From a virus, in the IMG/VR virus record IMGVR_UViG_3300008735_000002, positions 55,016-119,015 of that record: 64,000 nucleotides of DNA, one strand, 5' to 3'. The translations under genes and the position numbers were made by a program. Under the pieces are notes generated by a model. It did not search any database, had not been told where the DNA came from, and saw nothing but the letters and a program-made list of their open reading frames with translations. Below are positions 49,023 to 59,177 of the stretch, in pieces. Every line of letters starts with the position of its first letter. Positions within the stretch are counted from its first letter, which is position 1.

Positions 49023-51493
49023 TAAAAATCCAGCTTAACCCTTACAACAAATCTATCATCCACCCTTTTGACAATGGCTTGAGAGAAATTCGATTTACAT
49101 ATTACATTAAGGTTTTCATCTAGAAAGTTCACGTTAGTAATGTAACAAAATTCAGATTGAGCATCAGCTGTTAAGCCAGAGGGCGCGAGGGATTCGAACG
49201 TGGGATTAACTGAGAGGTCTAAATCACCTTCACCTGCTGGAACGCTCATCCTCAGCGTATGGATATTTTGATTTCCAACCATGTCTACCTGAAATTGGTC
49301 TTTTCCAAACATCGGGATCGTAGGTGTCTTAACAATAGCAAGACCCTCATCATATAGTAATGTACCGGCAGATGCCCATGTCGCATGACTACCTGTTGCA
49401 TCTGCACGATATAGATTACCTGTACCGTTATCTCTGAATGTAATCTTAACACGACCTGCGGAACCTGTGACCGCACTGTCTTGTAATACATAAGATCCGG
49501 GAGCTATCCTATTTCCATAAAACAAATTACTGGCGTCAAAGAACGATACTTCATTCGAAGATGCGTCTCTTGTTCTATTATAGATAGTGAGAATGGCTCC
49601 AGCAGGTATAGAGGGATCATCAGGTGTCGCACCAGCTAATGCCTCTGATATAGAGCCCGCTGTTTCTGCACCGAGCAAACCTTCTCCGATACTTCCTGTT
49701 GGGAGAAGATTATTCAAGCTAATAAGACTTAACATTTGTGTGCCTCTATCATTAACGAACAAGCTCAGCGAAGAAGACTGTGTAACTGCCTGCTTGAGTA
49801 ATCCATAATTTTGGCTAAATCGACCGTTATCATTAGGAAGGATCGTAAGATTCCGCTTTCTTGTGCTCCCTGTTGTGAACAAGAAGTAATTGCAAGACTG
49901 CCATCCTGTGTCTGTATCTATCGTACTTGCTGTGAGGTGGAATAGTCTCGGGAATTTTCCTTCTACCAATTCCTTCGTAAAATTCTCCAAGTTCAAATAA
50001 TGACCACCAACGCCGAATGAAAGAGGTACGTTGAAGGGATCATCGGTAGATCCGCGGACTGTTTGAAACGGTGTCTGAAATATATTCCGTGTAGCGGTGT
50101 CTTTCATAAAGAACGGGGGTAGATAGAACATTAAGCCGTCTAAAGAAGCTGATGCTAAATTCTCTATTCCGTCCACTGATGAAGATAAAATTTCTCCATC
50201 ATCACGATATCTACCATAAATTTTTAACTCGTGTACCTCGGCCTGTAGTGGATGACTGAAACAGCTTGTGCTTAAACTTGGTTCCAAGACGTCATCAGAG
50301 TCAGCACTCACGGTGGGATAGAAATTCTCAATACCATCATCATATGCAGCGTCAGGATTAAAAAATTGAGCGATATACGATTCATCTACGCCGGCGTCGT
50401 TATTTGGGCCTGCGTAATAATTCCCAACAAATAGCGCATCTGGCTGGCCGTGCGGATCATAGAAATTGACTTGCTGCAGCCAGCTTCCAGATTGAGTTAA
50501 ACCGCTAGCAGTAAGGTACATATCACGAATTACAAATTCACCCTGATTTTCACCGTCAATAAAGAATGAACCCGTTGAATTCTGCTCATCATGAGCCCAC
50601 CGTACGCAGCAATAATGCCAGTGGTTTTTCTTTAAAGAATTATTGGAGCTAGAGAAAATTAGATGATTAGCGTTGGGCGAATACTGCGTACTGTCCATCG
50701 TAATTTGCGAAGGGGGTATATCAGCGCTGTGAGATAGCTGAAGCAGCAACCGAAATCCGTCAGTATATCCATTTGGGTCTTTTGAGCTACCCGACACAAG
50801 AGACAAAGCAAAAGAGCTTGACATGTGAAACAAGGTTCCAGCATGAAATGCGCCGGAGCGTGTAAAGTTTGAATAGCGCGGATTGATATAGAACTCAAAA
50901 GAGAATGATCCGGTGGGACGGTAGGGTGTCTGCTGTGTTGAAGATGACATCGCTGGATATATCAACACTGAGCTAGATGGAATCCTCGTTATCTCTGGAT
51001 TGTTGGGAAGATCTACAAGCTCATTGGTAGCAAAGAAATTTAAGGTATGATAATTTGTAAATGCCCAATTACAGGTTGACCCGTATTGCGGTCTGTAGAA
51101 TGGAAACAACACACTTTGAATTACTCTTTTTCGTAACGTATCACTAGTGAACTTAAAAGATGGCTCAAATCTTAATACCTCAACTGCCTTCTGTCTCTTT
51201 GCTGAGACAGACGCAGAGTTAACCTTCTCCATATAGAGGTCAACATCTTCAAAACCACCAGATGAATTTAAGAATGCCTGAACGACGGAAAGACGCGTCG
51301 ATTCCATTGTTTCATCAGACACAGAATCATCAGCAGACTCTCTTGGGACTTCTTTAACGCCCAAAGAGGTCATTGGAAAAACTTTGATAGATCCCGTTAT
51401 CCCTCTATTAGACCCCGAAAAGAAAGTTCTTCGGGGTTTTGTCAGGATCTTAAAGCTATCAAAGTAATTTTTATCCAGCCTAAACAGGGACAT
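49022..51493 (-). CDS. Virion protein with a LamG/concanavalin-like domain and a C-terminal tail-collar-like segment
   Basis: SFSFEFYINP, WHYCCVRW...FFIDG, LFVGN; C-terminus YITNVNFLDENLN...VRVKLDF. Confidence 0.6.
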   Translation of the reverse strand: MSLFRLDKNYFDSFKILTKPRRTFFSGSNRGITGSIKVFPMTSLGVKEVPRESADDSVSDETMESTRLSVVQAFLNSSGGFEDVDLYMEKVNSASVSAKRQKAVEVLRFEPSFKFTSDTLRKRVIQSVLFPFYRPQYGSTCNWAFTNYHTLNFFATNELVDLPNNPEITRIPSSSVLIYPAMSSSTQQTPYRPTGSFSFEFYINPRYSNFTRSGAFHAGTLFHMSSSFALSLVSGSSKDPNGYTDGFRLLLQLSHSADIPPSQITMDSTQYSPNANHLIFSSSNNSLKKNHWHYCCVRWAHDEQNSTGSFFIDGENQGEFVIRDMYLTASGLTQSGSWLQQVNFYDPHGQPDALFVGNYYAGPNNDAGVDESYIAQFFNPDAAYDDGIENFYPTVSADSDDVLEPSLSTSCFSHPLQAEVHELKIYGRYRDDGEILSSSVDGIENLASASLDGLMFYLPPFFMKDTATRNIFQTPFQTVRGSTDDPFNVPLSFGVGGHYLNLENFTKELVEGKFPRLFHLTASTIDTDTGWQSCNYFLFTTGSTRKRNLTILPNDNGRFSQNYGLLKQAVTQSSSLSLFVNDRGTQMLSLISLNNLLPTGSIGEGLLGAETAGSISEALAGATPDDPSIPAGAILTIYNRTRDASSNEVSFFDASNLFYGNRIAPGSYVLQDSAVTGSAGRVKITFRDNGTGNLYRADATGSHATWASAGTLLYDEGLAIVKTPTIPMFGKDQFQVDMVGNQNIHTLRMSVPAGEGDLDLSVNPTFESLAPSGLTADAQSEFCYITNVNFLDENLNVICKSNFSQAIVKRVDDRFVVRVKLDF

Positions 51494-51504
51494 TTACACC
51501 CCCA

Positions 51505-52824
51505 CTAGAAGTCCAGCCGTACCCTAACAGTCAAATCCTTTTCGTCATTCTTTTCAATCGGTCGAGAAAGCTTTGCAACTGCTAATAGGTTATCATTTAC
51601 ATCATACAATCCAATGGTCGTAATAAAGCTAAATGATCGCTGGACGTCTTCTTGACCCTGGTCAATAACCCTTATTCTGTTATCTGAACTAGTGTACGTC
51701 GGATTAGAAGAATAATTGAACTCATCAGCTGTTGCACGACAGAAGATTAACGTCGAGTTAATATTCGTGTTGTTCTGGAAGGTTGCTGCAGTTAGAGAAC
51801 CCGAACTGAATCGTGCTGTTGCAAAGTGGTTTACAATGTCATCGATGCTACCAGACGTAAAGAAGTCAGGAACAAACTTTGCTCTACTTCCAACGTTTTC
51901 GTCTTCCGAATTTGATGTTGTGTTAACTCCATTACCGAATCCGATAATCATTTTACCACGAGCAACGTTTGCGGCGGTTGGTCTAACTACAGATGTCATA
52001 CCATCAATAACTCCGCTAACAACTTGATCTGCGTTGATCACCTTAGCAACGTTTAAGATGACTGTTCCTGAATCATAGAACACTAGACCAACTCTACTCG
52101 TCGTATCTGCAGAATCAACAAGATCCCCCACCTCACCCCCGAACGTTCTTCTACGGTTTTGAGATGCACCAAAATCTGTGTAGATCTTCACAGAACTTGT
52201 AGATGTCTGGTTTAGGTTAGGCGCGCCGAGCCAGGTGTTCCACCCAGTAGCGGTCACGCCCGGGGCCTCATGCTGCGTTTGAGGTGGATTATACGCACAC
52301 TCAGAAGCTGATTGGTACATTTTGATTGCGACAGTTTCTCTCTTCACTTTATCTCTAGTGAACAACCTCTTAAAAGAAAGGAAGACAGCTGCGTTGACTT
52401 GCTCTGTTGGTTCTGAACTTCCAAAAGGTGTCGAAAATGATGCATTCGCGTCGCCAAGAAGATTAGCAGCGTACTGCTTATAAATGTCAACCTTCTCTCT
52501 CATCATTAGTGAGCTAGAGGGAAATAACATTCTTCCATTTGCGTCTAAACCAGAAGAGCAACTTACAACTGTCGAGCCAGAAACCCACAAACCAACCGTC
52601 ATATCAACGATTGGGTTCGCGGTCTGCAGAGAGAAATCCTGGTCATAAACTGTTTGATAAAGAGAAGACGTCACACCGGGTCCAACGCCACCGGTAACCC
52701 ACATCTGGTAGGTCCTTCTGGTAGCCGACCCAGATATATCTTCTTGGATAAGATCTACAAGCTGGTTTAGCACAGACCGAGATGTCTTAACATCTGCTGC
52801 TGAAATTTCCTTAAAAGTAGCCAC
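51505..52824 (-). CDS. Putative baseplate / fibre-attachment protein
   Basis: C-terminus EFNYSSNPT...FITTIGLYD.NDNLLAVAKLSRPI...VRVRLDF, paralogous to the downstream gene's end. Confidence 0.55.
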   Translation of the reverse strand: MATFKEISAADVKTSRSVLNQLVDLIQEDISGSATRRTYQMWVTGGVGPGVTSSLYQTVYDQDFSLQTANPIVDMTVGLWVSGSTVVSCSSGLDANGRMLFPSSSLMMREKVDIYKQYAANLLGDANASFSTPFGSSEPTEQVNAAVFLSFKRLFTRDKVKRETVAIKMYQSASECAYNPPQTQHEAPGVTATGWNTWLGAPNLNQTSTSSVKIYTDFGASQNRRRTFGGEVGDLVDSADTTSRVGLVFYDSGTVILNVAKVINADQVVSGVIDGMTSVVRPTAANVARGKMIIGFGNGVNTTSNSEDENVGSRAKFVPDFFTSGSIDDIVNHFATARFSSGSLTAATFQNNTNINSTLIFCRATADEFNYSSNPTYTSSDNRIRVIDQGQEDVQRSFSFITTIGLYDVNDNLLAVAKLSRPIEKNDEKDLTVRVRLDF

Positions 52825-52834
52825 TAATTTTCCC

Positions 52835-53545
52835 TCACTTCTCTATCGTGACGGTCATTTCTGACACCACGCCTGATTGTATACCGACAACCCTAAGGGT
52901 GCTGGATATCTGAGACTTGTTGTCTGCGTCACCGTAATATGTGAATACGCTGTCTGATATCGATCGCGTCTTGATGTTCAATGTTAACTTCGAACCACCA
53001 ATTGCTGTTGTGGTACTATCCCGTGTAATAATATAGGTCGCGATATCATTCGAGTCAATGGAATCTGGAGTATTATCCGTTCCCACCAGCTCAAGGAATC
53101 TATATGGGAGTTTTACCAAGAACGTTTGATCTCTTAATTCGGGATCAACAGTGTTTTCATCAGTTAGCGTTTGTGTGAATGTAATAGACCTTGAAGAAGT
53201 AGAGCCAGTCCTCTTAAACGCCAGAGTATTCCCAGTCACACCGTCTCCTGACAACGTAACCGATGGTAGCTTAATAAGGGTTGGGTTGGAAAGACTTATC
53301 AGCTTATTTTTTAATGCAAAATTTTGATTTGTTTGAGCCTCAAAAACCGGAGTATTTTTCTCTATCTTCTCTTTGCCCACTGTTCTACCGAATTTTTGGA
53401 TAGTTGAATAATCTACTTCATCATCTCCGAATGCAAATTTAACAATCGAAAAACTACCATCATTTCGGGCCAACAATTCCCTGCCATAGTCCGTGAGCAC
53501 GGCATCCACTATAATATTGTTAGTGCTGTTATCTAAAAAGCCCAT
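52835..53545 (-). CDS. Putative baseplate / fibre-attachment protein
   Basis: N-terminus MGFLD...DAVLTDYGRELLA...IVKFAFGDD, resembling the N-half of the tail-collar fibre domain. Confidence 0.55.
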   Translation of the reverse strand: MGFLDNSTNNIIVDAVLTDYGRELLARNDGSFSIVKFAFGDDEVDYSTIQKFGRTVGKEKIEKNTPVFEAQTNQNFALKNKLISLSNPTLIKLPSVTLSGDGVTGNTLAFKRTGSTSSRSITFTQTLTDENTVDPELRDQTFLVKLPYRFLELVGTDNTPDSIDSNDIATYIITRDSTTTAIGGSKLTLNIKTRSISDSVFTYYGDADNKSQISSTLRVVGIQSGVVSEMTVTIEK

Positions 53546-53601
53546 GTACTTCCTCCATTACTCAGGGTTTAATTATATCTCTCTAAAAACGTAGTAAACA
53601 T

Positions 53602-55395
53602 TCACTCACTTATATCTTGCTCTAGGGTAGTCTTTTTCTCCGAAACACTGTCCTGCAGAATCGAATCATCGATGACGACCTCTAGCTTCTGATCGAGCAA
53701 TCTGTCAGTATTGATAAACTGAAAAACGTATTTAGACAAAGGATCTATCGTAGTTGTACAAAAAGCTGGTATTACTTCTCTTCCATTTTTAAGTAGTGTA
53801 TATGCTTCTGGATTAAAGTAAATGTTAACTGCTTTGTGTGCGCTATCTTTCATGGTGTCAACAAAGAAGTTTTCTTTTAAGTGCCAATTAGGGTACTGCT
53901 TTGGGGCACCGCTATATGAGATAAACTCTTTCTTTATTTTATTCTTGGAAGTATCAAAGCTAATCTGAATCTGAGCAGAATAGTGTGAACTTATTTGTCT
54001 TGCATCAACTGCCACTACAGAATAAATATACGTCTTTGTCTTATCAAATTCTGTATCAACAAAATAAGTTGGGAATGATTTTATCGACCTGTTTAAGCTG
54101 GGGTCTATATATTCTTTGGGCTCGGTTCGAACTACTGAATCATCAAAATCAAAATTAACAATAAGCTCAAAGGGATCCTTGATGGTTTTCCTTCGAAAGA
54201 CCTGAATATACTTCACGTCACGTTGTGGGTTAACAGGTGGGGCCCAAGTGAGCACTAGATTCTCTTTATCATATTCGAAATAAAAATTAATGTCGCCAGG
54301 TGGTTCTGGTCTACGGTCTTCTTTTATAGTAATGGATACGGCGGGGGATGGCTTTGACGCCAGCAAAAAAGACTTTATGAATATTTCTCCCTCTGTGCTT
54401 GTCGCAGGCACCCTGAATTTCGCTATCGTTCTTCCTACATATTCGTATGTTTGTCCATAAGCTACCTGGCTGTCATAAACTGTTCTTACTTCTTGACCCA
54501 TGGCGATGATCGGAGGCATCGGATAACGTACGCCCTTATATATCCGCCTCTTTTCTATTATGAAGCCCACAACGTCAGCCTGGGATACGAAATCCTCTGT
54601 TTCAGATTCTTCAATGCTGACGTACGGTATATCAAATAAATACTCATCATTACTTAGCAGGTGAGACGTATCTTTCGGTTTTCTGCTGCCCCATAACAGG
54701 AAATCAGCTATCGCTTGAGATTTTCCAAGTGATGTACCACGCTCTACGACTGTTCGCTTCATGAGAGGAGCGTAAAAGGAATTCAACTGCATCAGTGTGA
54801 ACTGCTTTGCTTCTTCTTCAAAAAAACCACCATTAGTTGTGGAAACGTCTGTCTCATCTTTTAATGACGGCGGTAACATGCTTTCCAATAAATTCGAATC
54901 TATATCGCTAGTTTCAGCAATCAGTGACAGTAATTCAAGTGGTGTTGCTTCATCAAGACCCATAGAATTTAAGCGAGCCCTTAACATGTTTTCAATGTCA
55001 CGTGGTAAGCACTCGTTCGCTACGCAAATCGACTCATATCCCATCCCGGATGCGTCATCTTCAGAGAAGATCTTTCCGTTGCTTAACGCCCACTCTATCT
55101 CACCTTTGGTAGAAGATACCGCGGAAGACTTTGTGGCCAGCATACTTTTCTTTGTGTCTTTTAGACCGAAGGTCAAAGTAGCAAATCTCGGTATTCGAGC
55201 GTTTAAATTTGTTGTATCAACTGTTCCCTTTCTTAAAAATCGAGAAGATAAGTTTCCGTTAAGCGCGTCGTTGCCAGACTCGTCGATTGTTTCATCACTA
55301 ACAAAAAAATTATATGTGAAGCTTGCTTTCACTTTTTCCATCTCAGGAACATCAAAAACGGGAAGAGGACGGCTAGCAATAGACTCTACACTCAT
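53602..55395 (-). CDS. Virion protein with Fn3/Ig-like modules
   Basis: PEPPGDI...LVLTWAPP...IQVFRR...YFVD...YIYSVVAVD and YGQTYEY. Confidence 0.55.
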   Translation of the reverse strand: MSVESIASRPLPVFDVPEMEKVKASFTYNFFVSDETIDESGNDALNGNLSSRFLRKGTVDTTNLNARIPRFATLTFGLKDTKKSMLATKSSAVSSTKGEIEWALSNGKIFSEDDASGMGYESICVANECLPRDIENMLRARLNSMGLDEATPLELLSLIAETSDIDSNLLESMLPPSLKDETDVSTTNGGFFEEEAKQFTLMQLNSFYAPLMKRTVVERGTSLGKSQAIADFLLWGSRKPKDTSHLLSNDEYLFDIPYVSIEESETEDFVSQADVVGFIIEKRRIYKGVRYPMPPIIAMGQEVRTVYDSQVAYGQTYEYVGRTIAKFRVPATSTEGEIFIKSFLLASKPSPAVSITIKEDRRPEPPGDINFYFEYDKENLVLTWAPPVNPQRDVKYIQVFRRKTIKDPFELIVNFDFDDSVVRTEPKEYIDPSLNRSIKSFPTYFVDTEFDKTKTYIYSVVAVDARQISSHYSAQIQISFDTSKNKIKKEFISYSGAPKQYPNWHLKENFFVDTMKDSAHKAVNIYFNPEAYTLLKNGREVIPAFCTTTIDPLSKYVFQFINTDRLLDQKLEVVIDDSILQDSVSEKKTTLEQDISE

Positions 55396-58300
55396 GATTC
55401 GTCTCCCTCTAAGTCTGGAATTGTAACGTACACTCTAAAATTAGAAAGCTCAACTCCTTGAGAAGTCTCCAAACCGATCCCCACCTCTTCTTCAGCTTCC
55501 GTTAATTTTGCGACGCGTGCATCAATCTCTGCTGCTTCTTCATCATCGCTGCTTGTGTCAACTTCAAAATCAGTTGGGTCAAAAGGTATACACACAATTC
55601 GCTCAAACTCGGTACCATATTTCAACGACGATTTCTTTGCCGCTGCATTTGCTACATTACCATATGAATTTAAGTATGTAAATACTGAGTAAGCAGTTGG
55701 ATCAAGCCCCTGCAGCGATTTTAGATCCAAACTCTCTGTCCCCTCAGAATAAAAAGTGAAGCCCGCAATTTGTCTCTGTTCACTGTCAAAAGCTATATTG
55801 CTACCAGATAAAAATGAATTTTGTTCCTTATCTACGCTCGTAAGAGATGGCATGCTAATTGATCCCGTCAATAAAGCTTTCTTCTCTGCAGCTCCCGCTG
55901 GATACGCATCTTCAAAAAAGTCTAAGTCTAAAAATAAATCTGAATATAGCTTAAGCGCGAAATCATTTTTAAGATTTTCTATTTGGTCATCTGAAAAATC
56001 ATCTTCCGATAACCCTGATTCTGATTCTTCTGTAACAGAAAAATCAGAATTAATATTGTCAAAATAAACGTTAATTTCTCCCTCTGTGGAATCATCAACC
56101 CTATTTACGAATAGATTACGAGAAAATGAATAGTCTTTATCTACGTATTCCAGCTCTGGACGTGTTAAGTCTATCTTTTCTAGAGATACAACAAAATTTG
56201 CTTGAGATGTAGCCGCAGTGTCCCGGTCCACATCTTCCATATCTATTGGCTCTTCCTTAGTCATGTCAAGACAACCTGACCTGATACCTACGACCATGTA
56301 CTTAAGTTTTCCAGCCTCGCAATAATCCTGGCCTTGGAAAACATCAGACAACAAGGACATATTGGCGCATGCCAGAACCTTGTCTCTTGTTCGAATATCG
56401 TTATACGTCGCATCTGAGGAGTCATAAACTCTTACGTAATTTAAAAGCATCTTGCACATATCTGAACTCAGGGGAAGACCAGCACCTATGCGCTGAACAA
56501 GCGTTTCTTCCACATCCTCAGACTCATCGATATCAGTAAGCAGAGCATCGACAACCATCTGATATGAATCCCGGATGTTACCAAAATAGTCATCTAATGA
56601 CCCCATAAATTCTTCTTGAAACTCACTTTCCTCTTCCAGACCTGAAAAACATCTGGCTAAAGATGAAGAGTAATCTTCTATCAGAGAAGTATCAAGCTCT
56701 TGAGAGTCTAAAAATGCAGTTAGCGCTTCTTTTCTTGTTGACACACCAGCGTATTTATAGGTCAGGTAAGAACCAACAGTGAATGATGAAGCATCTGCGG
56801 TGCTGGTTTGAATGGCACGTATACCAGAGGTTTTCGATGTTGAAGTAGAAATTTTCGTGGTGGAAGTGGATGCGCTTATAGCGCTGGAAGCCTCAAAGCT
56901 GGTACTCATACCCCCTGAAACTACTGTACAATCCCCTATATAGAAGCTCGTTGCCTTAGCTATCGCGGCGATCATAGTAGCGTGTAGCCGCTGTCGAAGA
57001 ATGGATGAATAATTTGAAAACCCTGTATCACTGAATACTTGATATCCAAACAATGCATCTGCATCATCGATAAACGAAATTAACTCAGCAAAAATACAGT
57101 CGGGATCTGTACCAAGGTCTGTAAGCACATCTTTTAAGTCATCAAGCTTCACGGTTGTCTCAGATGATTCCCCGTCGCTTCCTGCTAATGAGCTGTCTGT
57201 TATCGTATTTAGCGAAGGCCTGATGCCCATCGTAGCGGAGGTGCATAATTCTTCCCAACTTTTCCCAAAGTATGTTAGCAAAGATGCGCTTGAGCCTGAT
57301 GTTTCGCCTTCAGCTAGCTCTATCTCTTGTGTAACAGTCATGGCATCTACTGATGTAGGGTTCTCAAAATCTTCTGGCGTCGGGCTGATGGATATGTCTG
57401 AAGGTTCTGATGTGAAAGATCTTCTAGTAGTGTTAGAAGATGAAGGCTTTCCAATAAGACTGCTCAATCCACTATCACCTTTGACCAGATAAGAAAGCGG
57501 AGTAGCAGAAGATGCATCTCCTGTTATTGCTGTTCCTGTCAGCATATCTTGTAAAAAAGCAAGATAAGTTATTAACCACTTATACGCCTTTTCGTCTTTC
57601 GCGGCGGCAATCAACCAACCTATTTGAATCGAATCTTTCTTAGCAGCTGAAGAAGAAGAAGACTCAGGAAGTTCCTCCAAACATCTCGAAACGATATTCC
57701 TACAGATCAATTCTAGCATCATCACTGGCGGAGAATAATCGAAATCGAAACTGTCTGTTGTTATTAAAGCGTCAACATTCTCTTTTAAAGTTGAATAGCG
57801 AGAAGCAATGTCTGTATACGGTCCATCTGTGGCTTGTGGTGTTGCTTTGGTGTACAGCTTGGCCACCTCATCAGGCGCAGAATTCGAGCTCTTGTATCCG
57901 GTCGGTGCTATTAACTCACATTTTTCAAATGGAAAGAAATATTCTGTTCCACTCCCTGACCCAGCTGGATATAGAATTCCGTTTAAATTCTCTGTGCCAA
58001 AAATATTGTCAGTAGTAATTCCAGCCGTTCTAGGAATCATTGACCTTTGCCCTGACTTCAAATTAAAATAATGCGAGAATGTGTAGACTGGATCACCCTC
58101 TAATTTTGTGCGTGAATCGTAGGTTGTCGCCGGCGGATCTGATACATCGGAGGCAGCCTTATTATAAGAGAAAAGAAATTCACGAGATATAGTCGCGATT
58201 AACCACTTTAGCGATATCTCATTATCTTCTGGCAGCGTAGAATATAGACCGCTTATTGCTGTCGACCAAGTCCGCAGTTGTTTCCTTAGGTCGTTGGGGG

Positions 58301-59177
58301 CAGGATTGAGAGTGGATGGATCAAGCATAAGAGACGTACCTGCCTCAAATTCCCTTGTTGCACACTCTAGTAACCTGGGTGTGCAGGAATTTAGCGAAAA
58401 ACAGTAGTCTCTTAGTAGGGTATAAAGTACCTCTGTATTTGACGCAGAGGAAACTGAGGTTTCTTCTATCTCAAAAGCAGAAAGTGCTTCTTCATACAGG
58501 GTTAAACTGTCAGCGTCGAGACCATCTAGAAATGTCTGTCGTTGCGAGACATTCGCTATGTGAGCTGAAAGAAAATCAAGCTCTTCAATCATTTGTTCAG
58601 AAGTATCAATCTCTAACAGGCTCTCTGTAGAAAGAGCACGAGCCGCTCTTTTTACTTTGATGATATTGCCCACTGAGGTCACATTTTTTTCCGAATCAAA
58701 AAGAGGCTTAAAGTCTATAATCGCCAAAATAACAGGGCGTAAGGCCGGGTTGATCTCTATAGAATTCGCTTCTTCTTCTGCTCGTTTCTTTTCTACTCTT
58801 TTAGAACTACGACCATCACCAGCAGAAGTTGCAGTAGCCGAACTCTTTCTTTGCCCTTTCTGGGTTTGATACTTTAGAAGTGCCGCTTTCCTAAAGTCTT
58901 GCCTTTTTTTAGATTGTCGAAGCTGTTCCATCTTCTGAAGCGAAGATCCTGTTTTTGATTTTTCTTTATTCTTGGTTGTAGAAGACCTCCCTCTCCTCCT
59001 TCTGTCTCTACGGCTCTTGACCTTCACACCAGGTGTGCTATTATCCTCAGCACTTTCAGCTACCGCATTATACACTGCCGCTTGTTCACTTAGTAAGAGT
59101 TCTGGGAGTGAAACTACCTCTTCCTTCTCTACGCTCACTAGAGCTGCTAGTTTCATATTTGATAGAAAGTCAGGCAT
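55392..59177 (-). CDS. Large hypothetical virion protein (basic N-terminal patch, acidic Ser-rich body)
   Basis: 1261-aa ORF coupled to both neighbours. Confidence 0.7.
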   Translation of the reverse strand: MPDFLSNMKLAALVSVEKEEVVSLPELLLSEQAAVYNAVAESAEDNSTPGVKVKSRRDRRRRGRSSTTKNKEKSKTGSSLQKMEQLRQSKKRQDFRKAALLKYQTQKGQRKSSATATSAGDGRSSKRVEKKRAEEEANSIEINPALRPVILAIIDFKPLFDSEKNVTSVGNIIKVKRAARALSTESLLEIDTSEQMIEELDFLSAHIANVSQRQTFLDGLDADSLTLYEEALSAFEIEETSVSSASNTEVLYTLLRDYCFSLNSCTPRLLECATREFEAGTSLMLDPSTLNPAPNDLRKQLRTWSTAISGLYSTLPEDNEISLKWLIATISREFLFSYNKAASDVSDPPATTYDSRTKLEGDPVYTFSHYFNLKSGQRSMIPRTAGITTDNIFGTENLNGILYPAGSGSGTEYFFPFEKCELIAPTGYKSSNSAPDEVAKLYTKATPQATDGPYTDIASRYSTLKENVDALITTDSFDFDYSPPVMMLELICRNIVSRCLEELPESSSSSAAKKDSIQIGWLIAAAKDEKAYKWLITYLAFLQDMLTGTAITGDASSATPLSYLVKGDSGLSSLIGKPSSSNTTRRSFTSEPSDISISPTPEDFENPTSVDAMTVTQEIELAEGETSGSSASLLTYFGKSWEELCTSATMGIRPSLNTITDSSLAGSDGESSETTVKLDDLKDVLTDLGTDPDCIFAELISFIDDADALFGYQVFSDTGFSNYSSILRQRLHATMIAAIAKATSFYIGDCTVVSGGMSTSFEASSAISASTSTTKISTSTSKTSGIRAIQTSTADASSFTVGSYLTYKYAGVSTRKEALTAFLDSQELDTSLIEDYSSSLARCFSGLEEESEFQEEFMGSLDDYFGNIRDSYQMVVDALLTDIDESEDVEETLVQRIGAGLPLSSDMCKMLLNYVRVYDSSDATYNDIRTRDKVLACANMSLLSDVFQGQDYCEAGKLKYMVVGIRSGCLDMTKEEPIDMEDVDRDTAATSQANFVVSLEKIDLTRPELEYVDKDYSFSRNLFVNRVDDSTEGEINVYFDNINSDFSVTEESESGLSEDDFSDDQIENLKNDFALKLYSDLFLDLDFFEDAYPAGAAEKKALLTGSISMPSLTSVDKEQNSFLSGSNIAFDSEQRQIAGFTFYSEGTESLDLKSLQGLDPTAYSVFTYLNSYGNVANAAAKKSSLKYGTEFERIVCIPFDPTDFEVDTSSDDEEAAEIDARVAKLTEAEEEVGIGLETSQGVELSNFRVYVTIPDLEGDES

